Positions 10,160 to 20,328 of a DNA stretch of 64,000 nucleotides are shown here, piece by piece. Numbering within the stretch: position 1 is the stretch's first letter; each line of letters begins with the position of its first letter. Made by a program: the position numbers and the translations under genes. The notes beneath the pieces were generated by a model that saw only the letters and a program-made list of their open reading frames with translations, ran no database searches and was not told the DNA's origin. The stretch comes from an uncultured cyanobacterium (GTDB lineage Bacteria > Cyanobacteriota > Cyanobacteriia > Pseudanabaenales > Pseudanabaenaceae), in assembly GCA_963703315.1 (NCBI GenBank), contig OY969811.1:3520001-3584000 (forward strand). Reading direction: 5' to 3'.

Positions 10160-10705
10160 ATGAAAGTAGAAATCACCGCAATTCCTGATGTTTTATTGAT
10201 TACACCCAAAGTCTTTGCAGATGCGAGGGGTTTTTTTTATGAGTCCTTTAACCATCAAGTATTTGCTGAAAAAACAGGACTAAATATCGAATTTGTTCAA
10301 GATAATCATTCGCGATCGCAAAAAAATGTTTTGCGGGGATTGCATTATCAAATTGGGAAGCCCCAAGGCAAACTGGTTAGAGCTTTAGTGGGAACAATTC
10401 AGGATGTTGCCGTTGATTTACGCAAAAGTTCACCAACATTTGGTAAATCCGTAAGCTATATTTTAAGTGCTGAAAATTATCAGCAACTATGGATTCCCGC
10501 AGGATTTGCTCATGGGTTTGCAGTGTTGTCTGACGTAGCGGAAGTGGCATATAAAGCCACCGATTACTATGCCCCTACGGAAGATCGTTGCTTACTGTGG
10601 AATGATCCTGATGTGGCGATCGCATGGCAACTGGAAGAACCACCAGCTTTGTCTGCTAAGGATGCTGTCGGCAAATTATTGAAAGAAGCAGAGTTATTTG
10701 TATGA
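10160..10705 (+). CDS. rfbC: dTDP-4-dehydrorhamnose 3,5-epimerase
   Basis: DARGFFYE, QDNHSRS, LRGLHYQ, PAGFAHGF. Confidence 0.96.
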   Translation: MKVEITAIPDVLLITPKVFADARGFFYESFNHQVFAEKTGLNIEFVQDNHSRSQKNVLRGLHYQIGKPQGKLVRALVGTIQDVAVDLRKSSPTFGKSVSYILSAENYQQLWIPAGFAHGFAVLSDVAEVAYKATDYYAPTEDRCLLWNDPDVAIAWQLEEPPALSAKDAVGKLLKEAELFV

Positions 10706-11730
10706 CCTCAGAAACATCTCCAGAAACATTCCAAAAAGTACTCGTCACAGGTGGAGCAGGTTTTATCGGCTCTAACTATGTGCATTACGCGCTTGCCCAT
10801 CATCCCACATGGGAAATCGTGGTTTTAGACAAGCTCACCTATGCAGGCAATTTGGATAATCTCAAAGATGTCAGCGATCGCATTACCTTTATTGAAGGCG
10901 ACATTGCTAATCCTGAAGATGTAGACAAAGCTGTGAGTGGGGTGGATGCAATCCTCAACTTTGCGGCTGAAAGCCATGTCGATCGCAGTTTACGTGATCC
11001 ACGTCCCTTTATTGAGACTAATATCACAGGCACATTGCTCTTACTAGAAGCGGCGAAAAAATATCAAATCAAACGCTTTCTCCATGTTTCGACCGATGAG
11101 GTTTACGGTGATTTAGTCGGCAGCGATCGCCATTCCTTAGAAACCGATCCGCTATCGCCACGCAGTCCCTACGCCGCATCCAAAGCAGGTGCGGAACATC
11201 TGGTTTTTTCCTACGGCATTAGTTACGGATTAGATGTGGTAATCACACGCGGTTCTAATACCTATGGACCTTATCAATATCCTGAAAAAATTATTCCTCT
11301 ATTTGTCACCAATGCCCTAGAGTCCAAACCTTTACCGATTTATGGTGATGGTTCCGCCGTCCGCGACTATCTCTACGTGGAAGATCACTGCTCTGGCATT
11401 GATACAGTGTTACACGCTGGCAAGACTGGTCATGCTTACAACCTCGGTGCAAGGGTAGCCATTAATGGCATCGAAGTTTCCAAAACCGTTTTAGGTTTGC
11501 TCGATCTCCCTGAATCCTTAGCCCAATATGTCACTGATCGCCCCGGACATGACTATCGCTACTCCGTTGACCCTAGCGCCACCGAAGCCTTAGGTTGGCA
11601 ACGTCAATGGGACTTTAAGCGGGGCATTGCCGAAACCGTTACTTGGTATCAGACCAATACAGATTGGTGGCAAGCCGTCAGAGAGAAGAAGGCATTCCAA
11701 GAACATTACAACCAGTGGTATGCAAAATGA
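10702..11730 (+). CDS. rfbB: dTDP-glucose 4,6-dehydratase
   Basis: GGAGFIG, DKLTYAGN, AAESHVDRS, STDEVYG, YAASK, DRPGHDYRY. Confidence 0.96.
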   Translation: MTSETSPETFQKVLVTGGAGFIGSNYVHYALAHHPTWEIVVLDKLTYAGNLDNLKDVSDRITFIEGDIANPEDVDKAVSGVDAILNFAAESHVDRSLRDPRPFIETNITGTLLLLEAAKKYQIKRFLHVSTDEVYGDLVGSDRHSLETDPLSPRSPYAASKAGAEHLVFSYGISYGLDVVITRGSNTYGPYQYPEKIIPLFVTNALESKPLPIYGDGSAVRDYLYVEDHCSGIDTVLHAGKTGHAYNLGARVAINGIEVSKTVLGLLDLPESLAQYVTDRPGHDYRYSVDPSATEALGWQRQWDFKRGIAETVTWYQTNTDWWQAVREKKAFQEHYNQWYAK

Positions 11731-12617
11731 GTAATGCCCCAAAAGTTACTCTCAAGGTTGCCCTAATTGGTGCAAATGGTCAGCTAGGCTCAGATATTGC
11801 CAGTCACTTCTCCCAAAGCGATCGCTATGAACTCACGGCGCTAACTCGTGGTGACATTGACATTACCCAGCCTGAAGTCTTGCAGCGTGTGTTGACCAGT
11901 CAAAAATTTGATGTGGTGATCAATAGCGCCGCCTACGTGCGGGTTGATGACTGCGAACAGGAAGTTAAAACTGCCCTTGATGTCAATGCGATCGCCGCCT
12001 TAAATATTGCTAGAGCCAGTCGTGATATTGGCGCTCTTTCGGTCTATATCAGTACCGACTATGTTTTTCGTGGCGATCAAGCCGATCCTTACTCTGAATC
12101 TAGTCAGCCCGATCCGATCAATATTTACGGCACATCCAAACTCACAGGCGAGTATCTCGTCCGCCAAACGACACCAAAATCTCTTATTTTGAGAATTTCC
12201 AGTGTCTTTGGTAAAGCTGGGGCAAGTGGCAAAGGTGGCAACTTTGTGGAAACGATCATCAAAAAAGCTAAGGCAGGCGATCCGCTCAAGGTAGTCAACG
12301 ATATGTTCATGTCACCGACCTATACCTACGATGCGGCTAGACTCTTAGACGCATTGTTGCAATCGGACACCACAGGAATTATTCACGGTGCGAATATTGG
12401 TCAATGCTCATGGCATGAATTTGCAACTCAAGCGCTTAGCCTTGCCAATATTTCCCATCCGATTGAGGCAATTCCTGCTTCGACCTTTCCCACCAAGGCT
12501 AAGCGACCAATGAACTCAGCGCTAGTTAGCGATCGCCTCGAATCTATTACCACTTTTAAGATGCGACCTTGGCAAGAAGCCTTAACCGCCTATCTCACCG
12601 AAAAGTCCTATCGTTAA
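11727..12617 (+). CDS. rfbD: dTDP-4-dehydrorhamnose reductase (start moved to ATG 11727 overlapping the rfbB stop)
   Basis: GANGQLG, ISTDYVF, YGTSK, AKRPMNS; ATGA overlap. Confidence 0.93.
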   Translation: MSNAPKVTLKVALIGANGQLGSDIASHFSQSDRYELTALTRGDIDITQPEVLQRVLTSQKFDVVINSAAYVRVDDCEQEVKTALDVNAIAALNIARASRDIGALSVYISTDYVFRGDQADPYSESSQPDPINIYGTSKLTGEYLVRQTTPKSLILRISSVFGKAGASGKGGNFVETIIKKAKAGDPLKVVNDMFMSPTYTYDAARLLDALLQSDTTGIIHGANIGQCSWHEFATQALSLANISHPIEAIPASTFPTKAKRPMNSALVSDRLESITTFKMRPWQEALTAYLTEKSYR

Positions 12618-12640
12618 CTAAAAGAGGAAAATCAAAACCG

Positions 12641-13714
12641 ATGAAAGCTTTAATCCTCTCTGGTGGTAAAGGCACAAGACTCCGCCCACTTACCTACACA
12701 GGTGCTAAACAACTAGTACCTGTCGCCAATAAACCAATCCTTTGGTATTGCATCGAAAGCATCGTCGCGGCAGGTGTTACCGATATTGGCATCGTCATCA
12801 GTCCTGAAACTGGTGAAGAAGTTAAAAACAAAACGGGAAACGGCGATCGCTTCGGCGCAACCATCGAATATATCCTCCAAGATCAACCCGCAGGGCTAGC
12901 CCATGCCGTCAAAATCTCCCAATCATTTCTTGGTGACGATTCTTTCATCATGTTTTTGGGCGATAACCTGATCGAGTCTCAACTCAATACATTTTTGGCA
13001 GATTTCACCAAAAAGCAACTGGATGCCCTAATTCTATTACGCCAAGTTGAAGATCCCACTGCCTTTGGGGTTGCCACCGTTGATGCCAGTGGTAAAGTAA
13101 TTCGACTCGTCGAAAAGCCCAAACAACCTGAGTCAAATCTGGCTCTAGTCGGTGTTTATTTCTTTAAAAACACAATTCATCAGGCGATCGCCGCGATCGC
13201 TCCCTCCGCCAGAGGTGAGCTCGAAATTACTGATGCGATCCAAAAATTAATCGATACTAACCAAAAAGTTGAAGCTGCTGAACTAGAAGGCTGGTGGCTA
13301 GACACAGGTAAAAAAGACGATATCCTTGCCGCTAATCAAATCGTCCTTGATGCCAGACTCAAATCCAAAAATCTCGGCGAAGTCGATGCTGACAGTAATA
13401 TTAGCGGGCGAGTCTCAATTGGTGCTGGCTCTAAGGTAATTAGCTGCAAAATTCGTGGTCCTGTGATCATTGGCGACAATTGCCATCTTGAACACGCATA
13501 CATTGGTCCTTACACCAGCATTAAAGATCGCATTACGATTATCGACACCGATATCGAACATAGTGTGATCCTTAGTGATAGCAATATTACAGGTATTCAC
13601 CAACGCATTGTCGATAGTGTCATCGGTCAAAGAGTCCGCATGAAAGTATCACCCAAACGACCTCAGGCATTACGCTTTCTTGTTGGTGATGATTCTCAAC
13701 TTGAAATAATGTAG
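12641..13714 (+). CDS. rfbA: Glucose-1-phosphate thymidylyltransferase, long form (start moved to ATG 12641)
   Basis: MKALILSGGKGTRLRPLT, KQLVPVANKP, GLAHAV, SARGELEITDA; C-terminal beta-helix; AGAGGA RBS-like site upstream. Confidence 0.94.
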   Translation: MKALILSGGKGTRLRPLTYTGAKQLVPVANKPILWYCIESIVAAGVTDIGIVISPETGEEVKNKTGNGDRFGATIEYILQDQPAGLAHAVKISQSFLGDDSFIMFLGDNLIESQLNTFLADFTKKQLDALILLRQVEDPTAFGVATVDASGKVIRLVEKPKQPESNLALVGVYFFKNTIHQAIAAIAPSARGELEITDAIQKLIDTNQKVEAAELEGWWLDTGKKDDILAANQIVLDARLKSKNLGEVDADSNISGRVSIGAGSKVISCKIRGPVIIGDNCHLEHAYIGPYTSIKDRITIIDTDIEHSVILSDSNITGIHQRIVDSVIGQRVRMKVSPKRPQALRFLVGDDSQLEIM

Positions 13715-13727
13715 AAAGTGATTTCAA

Positions 13728-13755
13728 GTAAGGGAAATTCATGAATTTCCCTTAC
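13728..13755. repeat. Perfect 28-bp palindrome resembling GTAG-type REP
   Basis: gtaagggaaattcatgaatttcccttac. Confidence 0.75.
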
Positions 13756-13817
13756 AGTAACTTTTGACTATCCTCAAAAATAATTTCCGTCAATCCTAAA
13801 AAACATAAATCAAATCT

Positions 13818-14888
13818 ATGAGTGAATCCAAACGCGCTTTAATTACAGGGATTACTGGTCAAGATGGATCTTATCTATCAGAACTTTTACTAGACAAGGG
13901 CTACGAAGTTCATGGCATTATTCGCCGTAGTTCTACCATCAATACCGATCGCATTGATCATCTTTACCAAGATCCCCACCTACCAGCAACCAAATTATTT
14001 CTCCACTATGGTGACCTCACCGATGGCACAACTTTAGGGCGACTTTTAGAAGCAGTACAACCCCATGAAGTATTTAACCTCGGTGCTCAGTCCCACGTAA
14101 GGGTTAGCTTCGACTCTCCTGAATATACCGTTGATGCTGTAGGGATGGGAACCTTGCGCTTGCTAGAAGCATTACGTGATTATCAGCAACGTAATGCTCG
14201 CGAAATCCGTTTTTATCAGGCAGGTTCATCGGAAATGTATGGCTTAGTCCAAGCCGTACCTCAAAACGAAGAGACTCCTTTCTATCCTCGTAGTCCTTAT
14301 GCCTGTGCTAAGGTCTATGCCCATTGGCAAACAATTAATTATCGCGAGTCCTATGGACTATTTGCTTGCAACGGCATCTTGTTTAATCATGAATCCCCAA
14401 GACGCGGTGAAACCTTTGTCACTAGAAAAATTACGAGGGCGATCGCGCGTATTGTCGCCAATCAGCAGAAAAAGCTTTATTTAGGTAATCTTGATTCTAA
14501 ACGGGATTGGGGCTATGCCAAAGATTATGTCGAGGCAATGTGGCTGATGTTGCAACAAGATAAACCCGATGACTATGTAGTCTCCACAGGTGAAACCCAT
14601 TCAGTGCGAGAATTTCTCGAAGAAGCTTTTGCCTACGTCAATCTCAAGTGGGAAGACTATGTAGAGATCGATCCTCGTTACTTCCGTCCTGCCGAAGTTG
14701 ATTTGCTCTTAGGTGACTCGACTAAAGCCAAACAAAAATTGGGCTGGGAACCTAAGGTAACTTTTAAAGGCTTAGTTGAGCTAATGGTTGACGCAGACCT
14801 CGAAGCTTTAGGATTGCCAAATCCTAAAGGTACTGTTGGTCAAGATATTGCCACCTTAAGAAAAGCAGGACAAGCTGCGACTTGGTAA
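13818..14888 (+). CDS. gmd: GDP-mannose 4,6-dehydratase
   Basis: [42 protein letters not shown]. Confidence 0.96.
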   Translation: MSESKRALITGITGQDGSYLSELLLDKGYEVHGIIRRSSTINTDRIDHLYQDPHLPATKLFLHYGDLTDGTTLGRLLEAVQPHEVFNLGAQSHVRVSFDSPEYTVDAVGMGTLRLLEALRDYQQRNAREIRFYQAGSSEMYGLVQAVPQNEETPFYPRSPYACAKVYAHWQTINYRESYGLFACNGILFNHESPRRGETFVTRKITRAIARIVANQQKKLYLGNLDSKRDWGYAKDYVEAMWLMLQQDKPDDYVVSTGETHSVREFLEEAFAYVNLKWEDYVEIDPRYFRPAEVDLLLGDSTKAKQKLGWEPKVTFKGLVELMVDADLEALGLPNPKGTVGQDIATLRKAGQAATW

Positions 14889-14910
14889 GTTTGGTTTATA
14901 GCAATTTCAT

Positions 14911-14959
14911 ATAAGTACCCAGCCTTTGATAGTGAAACCATTGAAGGCTGGGTACTTAT
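14911..14959. terminator. Hairpin after gmd
   Basis: ataagtacccagcctt...aaggctgggtacttat. Confidence 0.55.
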
Positions 14960-15069
14960 GTGACTATTTTTTGAATGTTAACTTTGGTTACCTAAAAGGA
15001 CACAAATACATTTAATATAGTCGATACATTTACAACTAATGCGATTTAACTACGAGGTCTGGACTGCTA

Positions 15070-15876
15070 ATGAGTTTGTCATTAAGCAATAAGTACATTA
15101 GCGCTGAAGCTCAGCATTATCTAGAGCTATTGCAAGTTTTGGTGAGCCGCAACCTGAAGGTACGTTATCGAGGATCATTTTTAGGGATTTATTGGTCATT
15201 ACTCAATCCTTTGATCATGACAGGATTGTATACTGCTATTTTTGGTGCAACCTTCGCTAAATACTATGGTGACTCGATCCCAAACTATGTATTAGCTGCT
15301 TTGACAGGCTTGATTGTAATTAACTTTTTTGGAGCTTCTACATCACAAGCCCTTAGTAGTGTGGTGGGCAATGGCGCATTACTTAATAAAATTCGCTTGC
15401 CTGTAAGCGTTTTCCCAGTCTCTATGATCGCCGCCAATATTTTCCAATTTGTCATGGGGACTTATCCTTTGCTGGCGATCGTCGCACTAATCAAGTCACA
15501 CAGTTTGATTAATGTCATTGCTATATTTTTACCTTTTATTGCTCTAGTATTATTTTGTATCGGTGTAGGTTTTTTTGTAAGTGCTCTCTTTGTCTTCTTT
15601 AGAGACCTACCGTATTTTTATGAGCTTGTGGTATTTATGCTGTGGATTAGCAGTCCTGTATTCTACCCTGCGGCGATCGTGCCTAAATCTGTGCAACCAT
15701 TTTTGAGTATCAATCCTCTGTCTCCAATCATTGAAAGCTTGCGTCAAATCACGCTTTCTGGTAATCTGCCAGACCTTATGATTATTGCTAATGCACTGTT
15801 AAGTGGTATGCTTTTTGCTGGTTTTGGTTGGTTATATTTTCACCATTCGCGATCGCAATTTATGGACTTGCTATAG
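15070..15876 (+). CDS. wzm: O-antigen/polysaccharide ABC transporter permease
   Basis: RNLKVRYRGSFLGIYWSLLNP, FFRDL, SPVFYP; multiple TM helices. Confidence 0.92.
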   Translation: MSLSLSNKYISAEAQHYLELLQVLVSRNLKVRYRGSFLGIYWSLLNPLIMTGLYTAIFGATFAKYYGDSIPNYVLAALTGLIVINFFGASTSQALSSVVGNGALLNKIRLPVSVFPVSMIAANIFQFVMGTYPLLAIVALIKSHSLINVIAIFLPFIALVLFCIGVGFFVSALFVFFRDLPYFYELVVFMLWISSPVFYPAAIVPKSVQPFLSINPLSPIIESLRQITLSGNLPDLMIIANALLSGMLFAGFGWLYFHHSRSQFMDLL

Positions 15877-16614
15877 ATGGAAGAGGCGATTCGATTAGAT
15901 AAAGTTTGTCTGTGGCGCAGAACTCAAGAAGAGTTTTCCTACGATCTTAAGAAAACTATCCTATCTGTTTTTGAGGGTAAGTATCGTCAGCCTGCCAAAA
16001 AGCTGGTACTTGACAAAATTGACTTGGTTATTGAAAAGGGTGAAAAAATTGGCATTATTGGTAGCAATGGTGCTGGTAAATCCACGCTATTAAAAGTGAT
16101 TTCTGGGATTTTACAACCCACCACAGGGACTCTGCGAGTACGTGGTCAGATTGCTCCCTTGATAGAGCTAGGTGCAGGATTTGATGCAGAAATCACTGTC
16201 ATAGACAATATTCTTTTATATGGTGTTTTATTAGGATTTTCAAGAGCAGAAATGAAGGAGAGAGCAGACTCAATCCTCGAATTTGCGGAATTAGAAGATT
16301 ATAGATTTGTACCTGTTAAAGGTTTATCTTCGGGAATGGTAGCAAGATTAGGCTTTGCGATCGCTACAGACATCCAGCCAGATATTTTGATTTTAGATGA
16401 AGTTTTGTCAGTTGGTGATGAGAGCTTTAGAAATAAATGTCAAAAGCGTATCGATAAGTTTTGGGATTCCCACGTGACGATTTTGGTAGTGTCACACTCA
16501 ATGGATTTTATTAAACAATCCTGCGATCAAGCAATTTGGTTAAATAAAGGCAGTATCAAAATAGCTGGTAAATCGGGAGAAGTTGTAAAATCATATTTAG
16601 ATAGTGTTACTTGA
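15877..16614 (+). CDS. wzt: O-antigen/polysaccharide ABC transporter ATPase (no C-terminal carbohydrate-binding module)
   Basis: GSNGAGKS, IELGAGF, LSSGMVARL, LDEVLSVGD; 245 aa only. Confidence 0.92.
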   Translation: MEEAIRLDKVCLWRRTQEEFSYDLKKTILSVFEGKYRQPAKKLVLDKIDLVIEKGEKIGIIGSNGAGKSTLLKVISGILQPTTGTLRVRGQIAPLIELGAGFDAEITVIDNILLYGVLLGFSRAEMKERADSILEFAELEDYRFVPVKGLSSGMVARLGFAIATDIQPDILILDEVLSVGDESFRNKCQKRIDKFWDSHVTILVVSHSMDFIKQSCDQAIWLNKGSIKIAGKSGEVVKSYLDSVT

Positions 16615-16930
16615 GACTATGTTTACTAAGTGGTCATATACAATTAACTACAGTAGTTTAACAGGTTTGACTTAGAATCTTTGCACCTCCTTTCTGATTC
16701 TGCCATTTCCTATGTTTGGTACTGTACAGTAAAAGGTATGATTAGTCATCAAAGGCAAGAGTATTATACGATTTTACGCATGGGATTGCTAATACAGTAA
16801 AATTATTGGTGCTTATCTATGAATAAGTAATTACCGTAATTTTGTTGCTCAGCATTGTTGTGGAATGAAGATTCTAGAAGTTACATCGAATTAGATGTTT
16901 AGTGCCCAGTAAGTTAAATCAACAAGTCTT

Positions 16931-17941
16931 ATGATTGATCTGTCTTATAAAAAGATTCTAGTAACGGGTGCTGATGGTTTTATTGGCTCGCATTTAACGG
17001 AAGAACTGATTAGGCAAGGCTGTAAAGTTCGTGCCTTTGTTCTATATAATTCCTTTAATACATGGGGATGGCTAGATAGCTCACCGCAAGAAATTAAAGA
17101 TGCTCTAGAGATTTTTGCAGGAGACATTCGAGATCCTCATGGCGTTAAAGAAGCAATGAAGGGATGTGATATTGTTCTGCACTTAGCTGCCTTAATCGCT
17201 ATTCCTTACTCCTATCATTCTCCTGATACATACATTGACACAAATATAAAAGGGACGCTTAATGTGGTACAAGCTGCTAGGGAATTAGAACTAGAAAAGG
17301 TTGTTCATACTTCTACAAGCGAGGTCTATGGCACAGCTCAGTTTGTACCTATTACTGAAGAACATCCCTTACAAGGGCAATCTCCTTACTCAGCCAGTAA
17401 GATCGGAGCCGATCAATTAGCATTCTCTTTTTATTCTTCCTTCAATACGCCAGTTGTCACTATCCGTCCGTTTAATACCTATGGTCCTCGACAATCTGCA
17501 CGAGCTGTGATTCCTACTGTAATTACTCAGATCGCTAATGGTAAAAACAAAATCAAGTTGGGATCATTACACCCAACTCGTGACTTTAATTATGTTAAAG
17601 ATACAGTGAGAAGTTTTATTGCAGCAGCGCAGTCAGATGTTATAGGAGAAGTTATTAACATTGGTAGTAACTATGAAGTTTCGATAGAAGATACAGTTAA
17701 TTTAATCGCCGAAATAATGAATGTCGATCTAGAAATAGCTACTGATCAACAACGTTTACGACCTCAAAACAGTGAGGTTGAACGACTCTGGGCTGATAAC
17801 ACGAAAGCCAAGAAATTATTAGGATGGGAACCTCTTTATGGAGGTAAGGAAGGGTTGAGAAGAGGATTATCCGAAACAATTGATTGGTTTACTAATCCTA
17901 ACAACCTAAAGCAATACAAGTCCAATATTTATAATATTTAG
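16931..17941 (+). CDS. legB: NAD-dependent GDP/UDP-GlcNAc 4,6-dehydratase, LegB type
   Basis: TGADGFIGSHL, YNSFNTWGWLD, LAALIAIPYSY, QSPYSASKIGAD, RLRPQNSEVERL. Confidence 0.9.
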   Translation: MIDLSYKKILVTGADGFIGSHLTEELIRQGCKVRAFVLYNSFNTWGWLDSSPQEIKDALEIFAGDIRDPHGVKEAMKGCDIVLHLAALIAIPYSYHSPDTYIDTNIKGTLNVVQAARELELEKVVHTSTSEVYGTAQFVPITEEHPLQGQSPYSASKIGADQLAFSFYSSFNTPVVTIRPFNTYGPRQSARAVIPTVITQIANGKNKIKLGSLHPTRDFNYVKDTVRSFIAAAQSDVIGEVINIGSNYEVSIEDTVNLIAEIMNVDLEIATDQQRLRPQNSEVERLWADNTKAKKLLGWEPLYGGKEGLRRGLSETIDWFTNPNNLKQYKSNIYNI

Positions 17942-17962
17942 ATCGATTTAGGTCAATTAGTA

Positions 17963-19135
17963 ATGAATAGTCTTAATGAGCAGGTTTTGCTTGATGCACT
18001 ATACAATGTTTTACAAAAAAAAGATGATCACTTTATTAGTTTACATGAGCCATTGTTTGGAGGTAATGAGTGGAACTATGTTAGAGAATGCTTAGATACA
18101 GGTTGGGTTTCTTCAGTAGGAAAGTTCGTTGATCGCTTTGAAAATGAGTTGGCTATTTATACGGGAGCAAAACGAGCGATCGCAGTTGTCAACGGTACGG
18201 CTGCACTGCATATTTGTTTAAAATTAATTGGGATTGAAGTGGGAGATGAAGTATTAATCCCGACTATGACCTTTGTGGCTACAGCAAATGCTGTTTCTTA
18301 CTGTGGAGGAATCCCTCACTTTGTTGATAGTGATGAGCAAACCCTAGGAGTTGATCCTCAAAAACTAGGTAATTATCTAGACTCTATTTCTGAAATAAAA
18401 TCAGAAGGCTGTTGGAATCGACTAACAGGACGTTGGATTAAAGCGGTTATTCCTGTACATGCTTTTGGACATCCTGTAGATTTAGATGCGTTAGATAAAG
18501 TTTGTCAGCATTTTAAGTTGACACTAATTGAGGATGCAGCAGAGTCGTTAGGAAGTTTTTATAAAAGTCGGCATACAGGAAACTGGGGCAAAGTTTCGGC
18601 AATCAGTTTTAATGGGAATAAGATCCTAACTACTGGAGCGGGAGGGGCTATTCTCACACAAGATGAGTCTCTTGCTAATTTTGCCAAACATATTACTACA
18701 ACTGCCAAACTCCCTCATAAATGGGCATTCAACCATGATCAGGTGGGCTACAATTATCGGATGCCAAACTTAAATGCAGCACTAGGTTGTGCTCAATTAG
18801 AACAGCTACCCGAATTTCTCATCAAAAAAAGAAAATTAGCAAACAAATATGCTCAGGTATTTCAGGAGATTGAAGGAATAAAGTTTTTTACAGAGCCAGA
18901 TTTTGCTCAAAGTAATTATTGGCTCAATCTTTTATTGTTAGATGAAAATTATGCCGAACAAAGAGACCAGTTGCTAGAAATAACTAATCGTAATGGAATT
19001 ATGACTCGTCCCACTTGGACATTAATGCACTATTTACCTATGTTTAAAGACTGTCCACGGATGGATTTATCTAAAGCAGAAAGTTTAGAGAGAAGAATAA
19101 TTAATATCCCTAGCAGTGCCAAGTTGTCTAATTAA
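17963..19135 (+). CDS. legC: PLP-dependent aminotransferase, LegC type (DegT family)
   Basis: LHEPLF, GWVSSVG, EDAAESLGS, SFNGNKILTTG, GYNYRMPNLNAALG. Confidence 0.9.
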   Translation: MNSLNEQVLLDALYNVLQKKDDHFISLHEPLFGGNEWNYVRECLDTGWVSSVGKFVDRFENELAIYTGAKRAIAVVNGTAALHICLKLIGIEVGDEVLIPTMTFVATANAVSYCGGIPHFVDSDEQTLGVDPQKLGNYLDSISEIKSEGCWNRLTGRWIKAVIPVHAFGHPVDLDALDKVCQHFKLTLIEDAAESLGSFYKSRHTGNWGKVSAISFNGNKILTTGAGGAILTQDESLANFAKHITTTAKLPHKWAFNHDQVGYNYRMPNLNAALGCAQLEQLPEFLIKKRKLANKYAQVFQEIEGIKFFTEPDFAQSNYWLNLLLLDENYAEQRDQLLEITNRNGIMTRPTWTLMHYLPMFKDCPRMDLSKAESLERRIINIPSSAKLSN

Positions 19136-19167
19136 CTCAAAGAAAGATTAAGGAAAATCATAGTTGT

Positions 19168-20328
19168 ATGCCACGAAAAATATGTGTGATTACTGGGACT
19201 CGTGCTGACTATGGATTACTCTATTGGCTAATGAAAGAGATTCAGAAGGAGCCTGATTTAGAGTTACAGATAATTGCTACAGGGATGCATCTTTCTCCTG
19301 AATTTGGACTAACGTATAAGGTAATTGAACAGGATGGCTTTCGGATTGATACTAAGGTAGAAATGTTACTTTCTAGTGATACGCCTGTTGGAGTAGCCAA
19401 GTCAATTGGGTTAGGAGTAATTGGATTTGCGGATGCTTTAGATAGATTGAAGCCTAATATTTTAGTTGTTTTGGGCGATCGCTATGAAATGTTAGCGGCA
19501 ACTCAAGTTGCTTTAGTTGCTCGTATACCCGTAGCCCATATAGCGGGAGGTGATACGACAGAAGGTGCATTTGATGAAGCGATCCGACATAGCATTACTA
19601 AAATGGCTCACTTACACTTTGTTACTAATAAAATTGCTGCTGATAGAGTTCGTCAATTAGGTGAGAATCCGAAATATATCTATAACTTTGGCAGCCCAGG
19701 TGTTGACCAAATTAAACGATTAAAACTACTAAACCGCGAAGAATTAGAAATATATTTAGCCTTTAAGTTTAAGCCCAAAAATATCTTAGTTACTTTTCAT
19801 CCTGTTACTCTAGACTTTCAACCCGCCTCAGTACAGTTTCAAGAGCTTTTAGTTGCTTTAGATAAACTAGGATCTGAATTGGGCATAATATTTACTAAGC
19901 CAAACTCTGATACTGATGGCAGAACCATATTTCAGATGATAGATAATTATGTTGCTAGCCATGCAAATGCAGTTGCTTATAAATCACTGGGGCAATTGCG
20001 TTATTTAAGTACGATCCAACAGGTAGATGCTGTGGTGGGAAATTCATCCAGTGGAATTTATGAAGTCCCTTATTTTAAAAAGCCAACTGTCAATATTGGC
20101 GATCGCCAAAAAGGAAGATTACAGCCAGAGTCAGTGATTAACTGTCAACCAGTCTCTAGTAGTATTGTTGAAGCAATTCACGAAGCATTTACCAAAGACT
20201 GTTCCCAAACGCCTAATCTTTATGGTGATGGAGATAGTTCTCTAAAGATTGTCCAAATACTAAAACATTTACCAGAGCCTAACGAGTTGCTAAAAAAACA
20301 TTTTTTTGATATTGGGGATCTATTATGA
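19168..20328 (+). CDS. neuC: Hydrolysing NDP-N-acetylhexosamine 2-epimerase (NeuC/LegG)
   Basis: TGTRADYG, TGMHLSPEFG, LGDRYE, DEAIRHSITK, GNSSSG, GDRQKGR. Confidence 0.92.
   Translation: MPRKICVITGTRADYGLLYWLMKEIQKEPDLELQIIATGMHLSPEFGLTYKVIEQDGFRIDTKVEMLLSSDTPVGVAKSIGLGVIGFADALDRLKPNILVVLGDRYEMLAATQVALVARIPVAHIAGGDTTEGAFDEAIRHSITKMAHLHFVTNKIAADRVRQLGENPKYIYNFGSPGVDQIKRLKLLNREELEIYLAFKFKPKNILVTFHPVTLDFQPASVQFQELLVALDKLGSELGIIFTKPNSDTDGRTIFQMIDNYVASHANAVAYKSLGQLRYLSTIQQVDAVVGNSSSGIYEVPYFKKPTVNIGDRQKGRLQPESVINCQPVSSSIVEAIHEAFTKDCSQTPNLYGDGDSSLKIVQILKHLPEPNELLKKHFFDIGDLL

Noticed and set aside
16615..16930. TACAGTA/TACTGTACAGTA palindromic motifs before legB as a regulator site
   Set aside because: They do not convincingly match NtcA or cyanobacterial LexA consensus, and short palindromes are expected in AT-rich DNA.
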